Part shown: one piece after another, positions 1-11,336 of the stretch | Numbering within the stretch: position 1 is the first letter of the stretch | Layout: each line of letters opens with the position of its first letter | Origin: Thermoanaerobaculia bacterium | GTDB lineage: Bacteria > Acidobacteriota > Thermoanaerobaculia > UBA5066 | Direction of reading: 5' to 3' | DNA length: 64,000 bases | Assembly (NCBI GenBank): GCA_963719225.1 | Contig: CAVRAY010000001.1 | Coordinates: 2,816,001 to 2,880,000, forward strand | Program-made: the position numbers and the translations under genes | The notes under the pieces: generated by a model | The model's database searches: none | What the model was told of the DNA's origin: nothing | What the model saw: the letters and a program-made list of their open reading frames with translations, nothing else

Positions 1-1
1 C

Positions 2-3000
2 ATCGGGAGTCGTTCGAAGAGGATTTCGGGATTTTCTTCGAAGGGTAAGAAGGGAGAAGAAGCCGAAGCGCGGGGCGCGCGCAGCTCAGCCCCGCGCCGC
101 GGAAGCGGCGAATCGCCCTCTTCCCCATTCGAAGAAATCCCCGGTCATCCTCACAACAGCCACCTCCCTGGCCCATTGGGCCTCGTCCCCCCTCCCCTCC
201 CAGCAGGAGTTTCTTATCCCCGCCTGACGCTGCTCGCCGAGAGCCAGAGAGGCTACCGGAACCTCTGCTCGCTTCTCACCGCGGCCGCCGCGGGGAAGCC
301 GAAGGGGCAGGCGGCGGCGACGTGGGAGGAAGTCGCCGCCCACGCGGAAGGGCTGCACGTCCTGACGGGGGGCGAGGAGAGCGTCGTGACGCGCGCGTTG
401 ACATCGCGCGACGCGGGAGGTTTCGACGCGGCGCGGCGCGAGCTCGACCGCCTCGCGGCGCTCTTCCCGGGACGCGTGCACATGGAGCTGCAGCGCCACT
501 TCCTGCGCGAGGAGGAGCACCTGAACCGCGCGCTCCTCGATCTCGGGGGCGCCGCGCGCCTGCCCGTCCTCGCGACGAACGGCGCGCGCTACGCACAGCG
601 GAAAGACAAGGACCTCTTCGACGCGCTCACGTGCATCCGCCACCACACGCATCTCGACGCGGCCGGCACGAAGCTGCACGCGGGGCGCGAGCGCCACCTG
701 AAGTCCGCGGCCGACATGGAAACTCTCTTCGCGGATCTGCCGGGCGTCCTCGAAAGAAGCGCCGAGCTCGCGGGACGCCTTTCCTTCACGCTCGCGGATC
801 TCGGCTACCGCTTCCCCGCGTACCCGCTGCCGCCGGGGGAGACGCCGTCGTCGTTCCTCAGGCACGTCACGTGGGAAGGCGCGCGCTCGCGCTTCCGGCC
901 GCTCACGGGAAAAGCGCAGGCCCAGCTCCAGCGGGAGCTCGACCTCATCGAAAAGCTGGACCTCGCGGGCTATTTCCTCATCGTCTGGGACATCGTCAAC
1001 TTCTGCAAGAAGGAGCACATCCTCGTGCAGGGGCGCGGCTCGGCCGCGAACAGCGCCGTGTGCTACGCGCTCTCGATCACGGCGGTGGATCCCGTGAAGA
1101 TGGAGCTTCTCTTCGAGCGCTTTCTCTCGGAGGAGCGTGGGGAGTGGCCCGACATCGACCTCGACCTACCCTCGGGCGACCCGCGCGAGAAGGTGATCCA
1201 GCACGTCTACAAGACGTACGGAGCCGACGGCGCCGCGATGACGGCGAACGTCATCACGTACCGCGACCGTTCGGCCGCGCGCGAGATGGCGAAGGCCCTC
1301 GGGTTCTCGCCGGAGCAAGTGGACACGATCGCGAAGCACCTCGGGACGTGGAGCTTCGGCGAGTACCGCGACGGCGCGGCCGACCTCGGCAAGGAGATGG
1401 CGGCCGCCGGGTTCGACCCCGCGCATCCGCGGGTCGCGCACTTCGGGAAGCTCTTCATGCGCGTCCAGAGCCTCCCCCGCCACCTCGGGCAGCACTCGGG
1501 CGGAATGGTCGTGGCGATGGGCCGGCTGTCCGAGGTCGTCCCGCTCGAGCCCGCCGCGATGGAAGGGCGCGTCGTCATCCAGTGGGACAAGGACGACTGC
1601 GCGGACCTCGGCATCGTGAAGGTGGACCTCCTCGGCCTCGGGATGCTGGGCGCGATCGAGAAGATGCTGCCCCTGATCAAGGCGCACGAGGGCGTGGAGG
1701 TGGACCTCGCGCATCTGCCCGCGGGCGACCCGAAGGTGTACGAGCTACTCCGCGCGGCCGACACGATCGGCCTCTTCCAGGTCGAGAGCCGCGCGCAGAT
1801 GGCCTCGCTGCCCCGCCACGCGCCGAAGGTCTTCTACGACATCGTCGTGCAGGTCGCGATCATCCGGCCGGGGCCGATCGTGGGCGGGATGGTGCACCCG
1901 TTCTTCGACCGGCGGCAGGGCAAGGCGCCGGTCGAGTACCCGCACCCGTGTCTCGAGCCGATCCTGAAGCGCACGCTCGGCGTGCCGCTTTTCCAGGAGC
2001 AGCTCCTCCGGATCGCGATGGTCGCCGCAGGCTTCACGGGGGGCGAGGCGGAAGAGCTGCGCCGCGCGATGGGTTTCAAGCGCTCCGAGGAGCGTATGGG
2101 CGCGATCGAGGAGCGGCTGCGCGCGGGCATGGCGAAAAAAGGGATCACGGGGCCCGCGCAGGACCAGATCGTCAAGTCCATCACGTCGTTCGCGCTCTAC
2201 GGCTTTCCCGAGTCGCACGCGGCCAGCTTCGCGCTCATCGCGTACGCGAGCGCGTGGCTGAAGGCGCATCACCCGGCGGCGTTCACGGCGTGCCTCCTGA
2301 ATGCGTGGCCGATGGGCTTCTACCATCCCGCCACGATCGTGAAGGACATCCAGCGCAAGGGCACGCCGGTGCTGGCCATCGACGTGAATTTTTCTGGATG
2401 GGATTGCAGGATAGAAAGAGAAGAGAAGAGGGCGGCCACGCGCCCGCCCCTCGCCGTGCGTCTGGGCATGCGCTTCATCAAGGGGCTGAAGCAGACGACC
2501 GGGGAAGCCATCGAAAAGGAACGAGAGAAGAGATTCTTCGAAGATGTCGCGGACTTTTCTCGCCGGTGCCGCCTGCGTCCCGACGAGATGACCTTGCTCG
2601 CCTACTCCGGTTCTCTTTCGTCCCTCGGCGTCTCCCGCCGCGCGGCGCTGTGGCAGGTGGCGGAGGTCTCACGCCCTCTCGGCGCTCTCTACGCAACTCT
2701 TCCTCTTTCTCTTTCCTCGCGGAACTCTCCTCTCCCCGAGATGTCCCTGATCGAAGAGACGACCGCCGACTACCGGGCGACGGACCTCACGGCGGGGCCG
2801 CATCTCCTCGAGCACCTCAGGCCATTTCTGTCCGCGCAATCGATCCTCTCGGCCGCCGAGCTGTCCGGCGCCAGAGAGGGGAACGCGTGAAAACCGCGGG
2901 CGCCGTCATCGTTCGCCAGCGCCCCGGCACCGCGAAGGGCTTCGTCTTCCTGTCGCTCGAGGACGAAAGCGGCATCGTGCAGGCCATCGTGCGCCCCGAT

Positions 3001-3153
3001 CTCTTCCGGGAGAACCGTTCGGTGATCGTGGGCTCCGGAGGCCTCGTCGTGGAGGGAAAGCTCCAGAAGGAAGGCGGAAACCTCTCGGTGAGGGCCGAGC
3101 GTTTCTGGCCGCTTCCCTCGTTGCCGGACCTTCCCAGCCACGACTTTCGCTGA
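2..3153 (+). CDS. dnaE2: Error-prone DNA polymerase DnaE2; 5' end lies upstream of the window; frameshift near 2878-2881
   Basis: ORF 176-2890 has PHP and Pol III alpha motifs (QGRGSAANS, PDIDLD, GQHSGG, YGFPESHA), and the frame is open from base 2. The OB-fold and C-terminal SHDFR tail (VIVRQRPGTAKGFVFLSLEDE...SHDFR) are in another frame ending at 3153. Confidence 0.93.
31..140. repeat. Convergent pair of TTC-N3-GAA motif (cores 34-42 + and 128-136 -)
   Basis: ATTTTCTTCGAAGGGT on + and GATTTCTTCGAATGGG on -; centres 94 bp apart. Confidence 0.7.
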
Positions 3154-3162
3154 GGCTCCGCG

Positions 3163-5142
3163 TCAGCGCCCCGCGATTCGCGCCGCTTCCTGCAGCTTCG
3201 AGGCGGACGCCGCGAGAGCGTCGAGCAGCCGGGTCGTCTCGGCCTCGACCGAACCGTCGCCATGCAGCGCCCGTCGAAGGCCGGGCAGCGTGTCCGTTCC
3301 GCAGCCGGTCTCGGCGGAGGGCCCGAGGAGAAGATTGCGGCGCGCGAACTCGGGTGCAGCTCCGTCGTGAAAAGCGGCCATGGCGTCGAGAAGGAGGGGT
3401 TCGATCTTCTCCGCGCCGAGGCGTCGGCGCGCGGCTCCGAGCGATTCCCACCCGCGGGCCGCGAGGCGCAGGCGCAGGACCGCCGCGAAGAGCTCGCTTC
3501 GCCGCGCGAGCCGCCCCGACGCCGGATCCTTCGAGAGCTTGGCGAGCTCGTCCTCCAGAAACGTCGCGACCTCGGAGAAGCGCCACGGCGGCTCGGGAGA
3601 TTCCGCAAGCACCGATGTGTAGAGCGCCAGGATGCGCGCGAGGGTCGCGCTGACGCGGTAGCCGGGATCGAGGATCCGGCCGAGGAGGTACGGATCGTCG
3701 TATGCCGAGTGGTATTGCGGGTATGTGCGCCGCCCGAAGCCGAGCTCGACCGACGGGATGCCGCCGAGGCCCAGGAAAGGCGCCGTGTCGCCGCTGAAGC
3801 CCGGCAGCTGCATGGTCCCGCGGAGCGAGAGCAGGACGTGACCCGAGGCGGGATCGATCACGTGGCCGAGAACTTCGTCGAGCGATTCGCGCATGCCAGG
3901 CGAGACGTCGGCCATGAAATCGAGAGCACGCACGGAGGAGTCGACGTAGAGGAAAGCCGCCATCGGCGGCGCGCGCGCTGCCAGGCGATGCTCCACCCAG
4001 AGCGTGGAGCCGAGCATCCCGTACTCCTCGCCGTCGAAGAGCGTGAAGACGATGTCGCGTTCTCCCTTCCAGCCTTCGCGCGCGAGAGCCGAGAGAGCCG
4101 CCGCGGCCTCGAGGACGGCGGCGACGCCCGAAACGGGATCGACGGCGCCGTTCACCCAGGCGTCCGTGTGCGCGCCGACGACGAGGGCGCCGGCGTCGCG
4201 CCGGCGCCCCGCGAGCGTCGCCGTGACGTTCCGGAGCACGCGCGCTTCCGTGCGCGAACGCGTGCGGAGCCGCACGGTTTCCCGGGTCGCTCCGAGTCGG
4301 TACGGAACCTTGAGCCATCCGGTCCACTCCTCGGGTGCGGGCGGGCCCTCCACGCGTCCGAGGAGATCCCTGGCGACGCTCTCCGATACGGGCAGTGCGG
4401 GCAATGCCGGACGAAGCCGCGGGAGAGAGCGGCACTCCGCGCAATCGGGAGCGCCCGGACGGAGGAAATAGCGCAGCATGGAGCCGCGCTGGACGGTCCA
4501 CGGGTTGAGGTACGGGCCGGCGGGAAAGTCTGGCTTGACGATCCCGAGGTCGCGCCGCTCCGGATAAAGGAGGAGGGCCGCGGCACCTTCCTCCTCGGCG
4601 AGAAGGGACTTCATGGAACGGCAGATGCCCTGGGCCCGTGCGAGGACGACCGCGCCTTTCACGGCGACACCCGCCCGGCGCAGGACGTCGTAATCCTCAC
4701 GCGCTCCGTGGTTCGCGTAGACGACGCGCCCGGCGACGTCCCCGTCCGGGACCCACGCGAAGAACGGCAGCTCGGCCGGGGCCGCGGCCGAGTAGGGATC
4801 GCCCGCCAGCTCGCGTTCGGCGAGGTCGAAGCCGCGGCCGGCGGCCCCTTCGACCGCGAGCGACGCCTCGACGGGCTCGGGGATTGCCACCGTCTGCTCC
4901 GAGATCGTCGCCTCGAGGCCTGCGGCGCGGAGGAGTTCAGCCGCCGCCTCCACGGCCGCGCGCTGCCCCGGAGTTCCCGCACGATGCGGGACGCGCGCGA
5001 GTGCCTCCACGTTTCGCTCCATCCGCACGGGGTCGACGAGCGTTTCGAGGCGCTTTGTACGGCGCGCAAGCGGGTCGCGCCCTCCACAGGCCGCGAGCGC
5101 AGTGAGGGCGAGTGCGACGGCAGCGCTCGGGCGGCGCGTCAC
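3163..5142 (-). CDS. M28 family (glutamate carboxypeptidase II-like) peptidase with PA domain, lipoprotein
   Basis: PHRAGT, HTDAW, VDP, GEEYG, YVD and YHS motifs; lipobox LAAC; GTG start overlaps the upstream stop (GTGA at 5139-5142). Confidence 0.85.
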   Translation of the reverse strand: MTRRPSAAVALALTALAACGGRDPLARRTKRLETLVDPVRMERNVEALARVPHRAGTPGQRAAVEAAAELLRAAGLEATISEQTVAIPEPVEASLAVEGAAGRGFDLAERELAGDPYSAAAPAELPFFAWVPDGDVAGRVVYANHGAREDYDVLRRAGVAVKGAVVLARAQGICRSMKSLLAEEEGAAALLLYPERRDLGIVKPDFPAGPYLNPWTVQRGSMLRYFLRPGAPDCAECRSLPRLRPALPALPVSESVARDLLGRVEGPPAPEEWTGWLKVPYRLGATRETVRLRTRSRTEARVLRNVTATLAGRRRDAGALVVGAHTDAWVNGAVDPVSGVAAVLEAAAALSALAREGWKGERDIVFTLFDGEEYGMLGSTLWVEHRLAARAPPMAAFLYVDSSVRALDFMADVSPGMRESLDEVLGHVIDPASGHVLLSLRGTMQLPGFSGDTAPFLGLGGIPSVELGFGRRTYPQYHSAYDDPYLLGRILDPGYRVSATLARILALYTSVLAESPEPPWRFSEVATFLEDELAKLSKDPASGRLARRSELFAAVLRLRLAARGWESLGAARRRLGAEKIEPLLLDAMAAFHDGAAPEFARRNLLLGPSAETGCGTDTLPGLRRALHGDGSVEAETTRLLDALAASASKLQEAARIAGR

Positions 5143-7211
5143 TGTTTGCGCGAGATCCCCGGCGTCGGCCGCGGCGGTCGCCCGGTGCCCTCCGCCACGC
5201 GATTCGCCACGACGAGCTGGTCGCGCGCGCGGGAGAAGGCGCCCGCAAGACGCGCGACCTCCTTCGCCGCGGCGGCGCGGTCGTTCCGGCCGACGGCCTC
5301 TTCGAGCGCCGGGAACGGTATGGCACCGCACCCGGTCTCGGGCGAAGGCCCCCAGAGGCGGCAACCCCGCCCAAAGGGCGCGCCGGGCGCGGTGAAAGCG
5401 CCGAGCGCCACCGAGAGGAGACGATCGAACCGGCCCGCGTCCTTTCCCGGACCCTCCGCACCTCGCACACGGAGATCCCATGTGCGCGCCTCGGCCTCGA
5501 AAAGCTCGATCTGGCTCGAGACGGGCCGGGTGATTTGCGGAATCCACCCGATGGAGGAGGGATGGCGCGACTGGATCTCGAGTACCTTGCGGCTCGAGAA
5601 ATCGGCGAGCTCGGCGAACCGGAGCGGAAAAAGGCGCGGGGTCGCGAGCATGCCGACGTACAGGGCGAGGATCCGGCTGAGCGCTGCGGATCGCACGAAG
5701 CCGGGGTCGCCGAAGCGCTTCATCCACGTCACCGTGTCATAAAGAGTGTGGTAGCTCCCATACCAGCGGCCGAAGCCGAGCTCGGCGACCGGCGTCGCCG
5801 AAAACCCGAGAAACGGCGCGGCATCGCTGGAGAAGCCCGGCAGCTCGGGAACGCCGGAGGTCTCCGCGAAAGTCCTGCCTGAAGCCCCCGGATCGCGCAC
5901 GAGCCTGAGAACGTCCGCGAGCGGGCCGCTGAGACCCGGGGTTGCGCTCAGATAGAGGTCGTTCGCGCGGACGGCCGAATCGACGTTGACGAAAGCGAGC
6001 GCTGGAATCTCCCCGCTCGCGAGTCGCTCCTCGAGCCACCATGTGGACCCGAACATGCCGGGCTCCTCGCCGTCGAAGAATGCGAACACGACGGGACGCG
6101 AAGGCTTCCAACCGCGCTCCACGAGACGCGCGAGCGCGGCCGCGGTCTCGAGCACGACAGCCGTGCCGGACGAGGGATCCACGGCGCCGTAAACCCAGGC
6201 GTCGATGTGGCTGCCGACGATCACCGGCGAGGCCAGCGGGTCGGCCCCCGGAATGGTCGCAAGGACATTGCGGAGCGAGGCGCGCACGCGCTTCCCCCGG
6301 ACGGTCATGCGCACGCGCGCCGGCCCGGGGCCGAGCGCGTAAGGCGCGTCGAGGAGTCCCTTCCAGTCCGGGGGAGACGCCGGTCCCGCCATTTCACGAA
6401 GGAGCGCCTCGGCGACCTCGCCCGAGATCGCGAGGGCGGGGATCTTCGGCAGGGTGTCGACGCCCATCACCTTCGCACGCCCTGGATCGCCCGGCCGGAG
6501 GAAGTATTTGAGAAGCGAGCCGCGCGAGACCGCCCAGCGGTTCGTGGACGGGCCGAGCGGATAGGCCGGCTTGACGATGCCCTGGTCGCGGGGCTCGAGA
6601 TAGATGAGGAGTCCCGCAACGCCCGCGCGCTCGGCCGCGAGCACCTTCATTCCCCGGCAGACACCCTGCGCCTTGACGAGCGCGATCTTTCCGCGAACGT
6701 CGACGCCCGCCTTGCGCAGGGCCTCGTAGTTCTCGGGCGCACCGAACCCCGCGTACACGACGGGAGCTTCGAGATCGGCCTCCGGCGCGTATGCGAGGAA
6801 AGGAAGCTCGTCCTTCGCGACGGCCGTCGCAGGATCCTCGGCCAGGGCGCGCTCGTGGAGGTCGAAGGCTCGCGGCGCCGGCTTCGTGAGCGCGAGAGAG
6901 AGCGCCACGGGTTGCCAGAGCTCGACCTCGTGCACGTCGCTCCACGTCTTCAGTCCGGCTGTCCCGAGGCGGCGGGCGATCTCCTCCGCGACCTCGGAAT
7001 TCGCGAGGGTGCCGGCCCGGTGCGGACTCTTGGCGAGGGTATCGAGCATCTCGCCGATCCTCTCGGGCGAGACCAGCTCGTCGACGTCGGAGCGGAAACG
7101 CGAGAGAAACGGCCTGCGGGCAGGGAGGACGAGGAGTCCGACGCCCAGGATCACGAGCATCGCGACGGCGGCCGCGATGACGATGACGCGTCGAATGCGC
7201 TCCTCCGTCAG
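5139..7211 (-). CDS. M28 family peptidase with PA domain, N-terminal membrane anchor (start uncertain)
   Basis: PHRAGT, HIDAW, VDP, GEEPG, NVD and YHT motifs; paralog of the downstream gene. Confidence 0.85.
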   Translation of the reverse strand: MTEERIRRVIVIAAAVAMLVILGVGLLVLPARRPFLSRFRSDVDELVSPERIGEMLDTLAKSPHRAGTLANSEVAEEIARRLGTAGLKTWSDVHEVELWQPVALSLALTKPAPRAFDLHERALAEDPATAVAKDELPFLAYAPEADLEAPVVYAGFGAPENYEALRKAGVDVRGKIALVKAQGVCRGMKVLAAERAGVAGLLIYLEPRDQGIVKPAYPLGPSTNRWAVSRGSLLKYFLRPGDPGRAKVMGVDTLPKIPALAISGEVAEALLREMAGPASPPDWKGLLDAPYALGPGPARVRMTVRGKRVRASLRNVLATIPGADPLASPVIVGSHIDAWVYGAVDPSSGTAVVLETAAALARLVERGWKPSRPVVFAFFDGEEPGMFGSTWWLEERLASGEIPALAFVNVDSAVRANDLYLSATPGLSGPLADVLRLVRDPGASGRTFAETSGVPELPGFSSDAAPFLGFSATPVAELGFGRWYGSYHTLYDTVTWMKRFGDPGFVRSAALSRILALYVGMLATPRLFPLRFAELADFSSRKVLEIQSRHPSSIGWIPQITRPVSSQIELFEAEARTWDLRVRGAEGPGKDAGRFDRLLSVALGAFTAPGAPFGRGCRLWGPSPETGCGAIPFPALEEAVGRNDRAAAAKEVARLAGAFSRARDQLVVANRVAEGTGRPPRPTPGISRKQ

Positions 7212-8491
7212 AGTGTTCGCATCAGGAGGCTGGCGTTCGTTCCGCCGAACCCGAACGAGTTCGACAGGGCGACGGGGATCTTCTTCTCGCGCGCGGTATT
7301 CGGCGTGTAATCGAGGTCGCACTCGGAGTCGGGAGTCGTGTAATTGATCGTGGGCGGAACGACGCCGTGGCGCATGGCGAGCGCGAGAATGCCCGCCTCC
7401 AGGCCCCCCGCCGCGCCCAGGAGATGCCCCGTCATGGACTTCGTGGACGAGACGGCGAGCTTCTTCGCGTGATCGCCGAACACTCGCTTGATCGCGATCG
7501 TCTCGATACGATCACCGGCCGGCGTGGACGTGCCGTGCGCGTTCACGTAGACGACCTCCTCCGGGTTCACGCCCGCGTCGAGAAGCGTGTTGCGCATGAC
7601 GCGGAACGGGCCGTCGCCGTCGTCGGAAGGCGCCGAGATGTGGTACGCGTCGCCGGACATGCCATACCCCACGAGCTCGGCGTAAATCGAAGCGCCGCGC
7701 GCCCTGGCGAGTGATAGGTCCTCGAGGACGAGGATGCCTGCGCCTTCGGCGAGGACGAAGCCGTCGCGGCCCTTGTCCCAAGGCCGCGACGCGCCCTGGG
7801 GATCGTCGTTACGCGTCGAGAGGGCGCGCATCGCGGAGAACCCGCCCACCGCGAGCGGCGTGATGACGGCCTCCGAGCCGCCCGCGATCATCGCGTCGGC
7901 GTCCCCGCGCCGGATGACGTTGGCCGCATCGCCGATCGCGTGGGCGGACGTCGCACAGGCCGTGGCCGTGGCCGAATTCGGACCCTTCGCTCCGGTCTGG
8001 ATCGAAACGAGTCCGGCACCCATGTTGACGATGAGACCGGGGATGAAAAAGGGGCTGATCCGCCGGGGGCCCTTCTCGAGGACGATCTTGTGCGTCTCCT
8101 CGATGAGCGGAAGGCCGCCGATTCCCGAGCCGATGCACACGCCCACGCGCTCGGCGTTCTCGGGCGTGACGACGAGGCCCGAATCGGTCATCGCCTCCTT
8201 CGCCGCGGCGACGGCAAAGTGAATGAACGTGTCGAACTTCTTGACTTCCTTCTTCTCGAGGAAGGCGGACGGGTCGAAGCCTTTCACCTCACCCGCGATA
8301 CGGCACGCGTAATCCGTGGCGTCGAATCGGGTGATCATCCCGACGCCCGAGACGCCCGCCGTCAGGCTGGCCCAGTTCTCCTTCGCCGTGAGGCCCACGG
8401 GAGACACCAGGCCGACGCCCGTGACGGCGACACGCCGCCGGCCTCGGCCGTCGAGGAGGGGAACTGGATTCGCGGACACGCGTCGAGGCAA
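7208..8491 (-). CDS. fabF: Beta-ketoacyl-ACP synthase II
   Basis: TACAT active-site Cys, [27 protein letters not shown]. Confidence 0.97.
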   Translation of the reverse strand: MPRRVSANPVPLLDGRGRRRVAVTGVGLVSPVGLTAKENWASLTAGVSGVGMITRFDATDYACRIAGEVKGFDPSAFLEKKEVKKFDTFIHFAVAAAKEAMTDSGLVVTPENAERVGVCIGSGIGGLPLIEETHKIVLEKGPRRISPFFIPGLIVNMGAGLVSIQTGAKGPNSATATACATSAHAIGDAANVIRRGDADAMIAGGSEAVITPLAVGGFSAMRALSTRNDDPQGASRPWDKGRDGFVLAEGAGILVLEDLSLARARGASIYAELVGYGMSGDAYHISAPSDDGDGPFRVMRNTLLDAGVNPEEVVYVNAHGTSTPAGDRIETIAIKRVFGDHAKKLAVSSTKSMTGHLLGAAGGLEAGILALAMRHGVVPPTINYTTPDSECDLDYTPNTAREKKIPVALSNSFGFGGTNASLLMRTL

Positions 8492-8498
8492 CCCCGGA

Positions 8499-8744
8499 TC
8501 AGGCGGGCTTCGCGTGCGACTCGATGTAGGCGACTGCGTCCTTGACCTTCTGGATCTTTTCGGCGTCCTCGTCCGGGATCTCGATGCCGAACGCCTCCTC
8601 GAAGGCCATGACCAGCTCGACGGTGTCGAGGGAGTCCGCGCCGAGGTCGTCCACGAAAGAGGCCTCGGGCTTCACTTCGTCCGCCTGGACGCCGAGCTGC
8701 TCCACGATGATGCCCTTGACCTTTTCTTCCACCGAATTCGCCAT
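8499..8744 (-). CDS. acpP: Acyl carrier protein
   Basis: [18 protein letters not shown]; GGAGGA RBS before ATG at 8744. Confidence 0.97.
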   Translation of the reverse strand: MANSVEEKVKGIIVEQLGVQADEVKPEASFVDDLGADSLDTVELVMAFEEAFGIEIPDEDAEKIQKVKDAVAYIESHAKPA

Positions 8745-8862
8745 CGCGATCCTCCGAAAGTCTTCGTCGTCTGAAAGACCGGCATTCTGAGGGCTGCCGG
8801 GACCCGATTTCAAGCGTGCGGAGTGTATCCGATCGAGGAAGAATGACGATTTTCAGGGGACT

Positions 8863-9939
8863 TCACGTGCGGAAACCCCGATCGCGTGCGAAGACGATCG
8901 CCTGGGCGCGCGTCCACACGCCGAGCTTGTCGAAGAGGTTCGAGATGTGGTTGCGGACGGTCTTCTCGCTCAGGCCGAGGCGCTGGGCAATGTCCGCGTT
9001 GCTCAATCCTTTGGTCAGCAGGGCGAGAATTCCCCGCTCGCGAAGGGTCAGCGAGGCGAACGCGCGCTCCTCGCCTCTTTCGGCAGGTGCGATTCCCATG
9101 AAGTCGCGGATGGCGGCGCAGAATCGCTCCCAGGCCGGCTCGGCCTCGAGCAGGATGTGGTTCTTCGAGTCCAGCTCGACGAACTCGGCGCCGGGGATGA
9201 GGGCGGCCAGCTGGCGCCCGGAGGCGACCGGCACCACGGCGTCCTCGCGCGCATGGATGACCAGCGTGGGCGTGCGCACCTTCGCCACCAGGTCCTTGAC
9301 GTCCACGTCGCCTCGGGCGCGCAACAGGTCGGCTGCGACCGCCGGCGCACTGGTCCTCCGGCAGAGCTCGTTGAACCAGTCCATCTGCGCGCTGGTCGCC
9401 CCTGGTATGAAGCGCGAGGTGAACACCTGCCGGAAAGCGGGATTGTCCCGGCCCCAGCCGAGGACGGCGAGGTCGACGATCGCCTCGTACTCGCGCTTCG
9501 CGGGGGAGTCGTCGCGGAGCGCCCACCCGCGCGCGTAACCGCCGTACAGGATCAGCTTCGAGACGCGTTCGGGGTGTCTCACCGCATAGGCGATGGAGGT
9601 CGCCGCCCCTTGAGAGACGCCGATGAGCGGGAAGGCGCCGTCGGGAAGGGCCGCGTCGGCGACGGCCTCGAGATCGCCGACCCAGCGCGAGGGGGAGAGA
9701 TCGGCGACGTTCCAGTCGCTCAGCCCGCAGCCGCGCTCGTCGTAGCGCACGAAGCGGAAGTGGTCGGTGAAGAAGCGGATCCAGTGCCTCCAGACGGGGC
9801 TCTCCCATTCGTATTCGAGATGGCTCAGCCAGTTCGAGGCCTTGACCAGCGGCGGGCCGGTCCCGGCCTCGGCCCAGGCGAGCTGCACGCCGTCCGGCGT
9901 GCGGAGAAAGTGGATGCGCTGGCCTGGCCTCTTTTCCAT
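8863..9939 (-). CDS. Alpha/beta-hydrolase fold plus C-terminal LuxR HTH transcriptional regulator
   Basis: YDERGCGLS, GVSQG nucleophile elbow; LTLRE...GLSNADIA..L.LSEKTVRNH HTH. Confidence 0.9.
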   Translation of the reverse strand: MEKRPGQRIHFLRTPDGVQLAWAEAGTGPPLVKASNWLSHLEYEWESPVWRHWIRFFTDHFRFVRYDERGCGLSDWNVADLSPSRWVGDLEAVADAALPDGAFPLIGVSQGAATSIAYAVRHPERVSKLILYGGYARGWALRDDSPAKREYEAIVDLAVLGWGRDNPAFRQVFTSRFIPGATSAQMDWFNELCRRTSAPAVAADLLRARGDVDVKDLVAKVRTPTLVIHAREDAVVPVASGRQLAALIPGAEFVELDSKNHILLEAEPAWERFCAAIRDFMGIAPAERGEERAFASLTLRERGILALLTKGLSNADIAQRLGLSEKTVRNHISNLFDKLGVWTRAQAIVFARDRGFRT

Positions 9940-10053
9940 CGGCAGCGGGACGTTCGTCCCATCGATCCGCGGCGATCATAGCCAGATCGGGACATTGTTC
10001 CCATTGGCAACGCGCCGTCTGGAGCCGATCTTACGGCGCAGGAGGATCGGAAC

Positions 10054-10971
10054 ATGCTCACTCACAAATACGACTACAGGTCGAATCTGGAAGCATCGGA
10101 GAAGGCCAACTGGAAGCTCGAAGACGTGATCGAGGGACGGACCTTCGACTTCGGGCGGCGGTTCCTGCCGGAATCGCTCGCGGGGGTGGACGGCATCGGC
10201 TGCCTGAACGCCGGGGAAAAGCTCAAGCTCAATCAGATCCGCGGCTTCACCTACCTGTACCTCTTCGGCCTGATCGAGGAATACATCCTGCCCTCGGTGA
10301 TCGAGCATGCCGAAGGCAGCGTGCACGGCAACGACTACGAGATGCGCGCGCTCCTGCGGTTCGCCGAGGAGGAAGCGAAGCACATCCAGCTCTTCAAGTG
10401 GTTCGTAAAGGAGTTCGAGAAGGGGTTCGGCACGCCCTGCGGGGGAATCGGTCCGGCGAAGGAGATCGCTGCGGCCATCCTCAACCACTCCAGGCTGGGC
10501 GTGTTCCTCACCACGCTGCACATCGAATGGATGACGCAGAAGCATTACACGGAGAGCGTGAAGGACAACGCCGCGGAGCGGCTGGATCCGCTCTTCTCGA
10601 GCCTGCTCAAGCACCACTGGCTCGAGGAAAGCCAGCACGCCAAGCTCGACACGCTCATCGTCGACAAGATCGCGAGCGCGCTCGAGCCGGCGAAGATCGA
10701 CGCGGGCATCGAAGACTACATGTCCATCGGCAAGTTCCTCGACGGCGGCCTGGCCGCGCAGGTGCAGCTCGACCTGGAGAGTCTGCAGAAAGCGATCGGG
10801 CGCACGCTCTCCGCCGAGGAGAAGGCCGAGATCGCCGAGGCGCAGACGAAGGCGTACCGCTGGACGTTCCTCGCGAGCGGCATTACTCACCCGAACTTCG
10901 ACAGGAGCCTGCGCGAGCTGAGCGCCCAGGGCCACGAGCGGGTCGAAGAGCTCGCGCGTGCCGTCGCCTGA
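10054..10971 (+). CDS. Ferritin-like diiron protein (AurF/diiron oxygenase-like)
   Basis: Two E...ExxH sets (IEE...EEAKH; IEW...EESQH); AGGAGG RBS. Confidence 0.75.
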   Translation: MLTHKYDYRSNLEASEKANWKLEDVIEGRTFDFGRRFLPESLAGVDGIGCLNAGEKLKLNQIRGFTYLYLFGLIEEYILPSVIEHAEGSVHGNDYEMRALLRFAEEEAKHIQLFKWFVKEFEKGFGTPCGGIGPAKEIAAAILNHSRLGVFLTTLHIEWMTQKHYTESVKDNAAERLDPLFSSLLKHHWLEESQHAKLDTLIVDKIASALEPAKIDAGIEDYMSIGKFLDGGLAAQVQLDLESLQKAIGRTLSAEEKAEIAEAQTKAYRWTFLASGITHPNFDRSLRELSAQGHERVEELARAVA

Positions 10972-11090
10972 CCGCGAATCTCACCTTTTCGTTTTGCCTG
11001 GGCCGTATCGACGGGGGATAGCTCCTCCCGCCGAAGCGGTCGCGAGAAGCAAAGAACTTGAAAGGGCGAAAATGTAGTACCATTTCGACC

Positions 11091-11336
11091 GTGCGCTTCG
11101 TCTGGCATTGGGAGAACGTCGAGCACGTCGCGCGCCACGGGCTAAGCCCGCAAGAGGTGGAGGCCGTGTTTGGCGCAAAAGACCTCGGCATCGAAGCATC
11201 CGGCAGGCGCGGGCGATGGGTCGCCGAGGGGACGGTCGCGGGGCGTGCTCTCCGCGTCGCGTTCACGCTGAGCGGACCGGACGAAGCGCACGTCATCACG
11301 GCGTATCCGATCGGGCGAAGGAGGCGGCGGACATGA
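11091..11336 (+). CDS. BrnT-like toxin (type II TA)
   Basis: FVW...NVEHVARHGLSPQEVEAVF ... GRALRVAFT ... VITAYP pattern; ATGA overlap with the next gene. Confidence 0.75.
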   Translation: MRFVWHWENVEHVARHGLSPQEVEAVFGAKDLGIEASGRRGRWVAEGTVAGRALRVAFTLSGPDEAHVITAYPIGRRRRRT

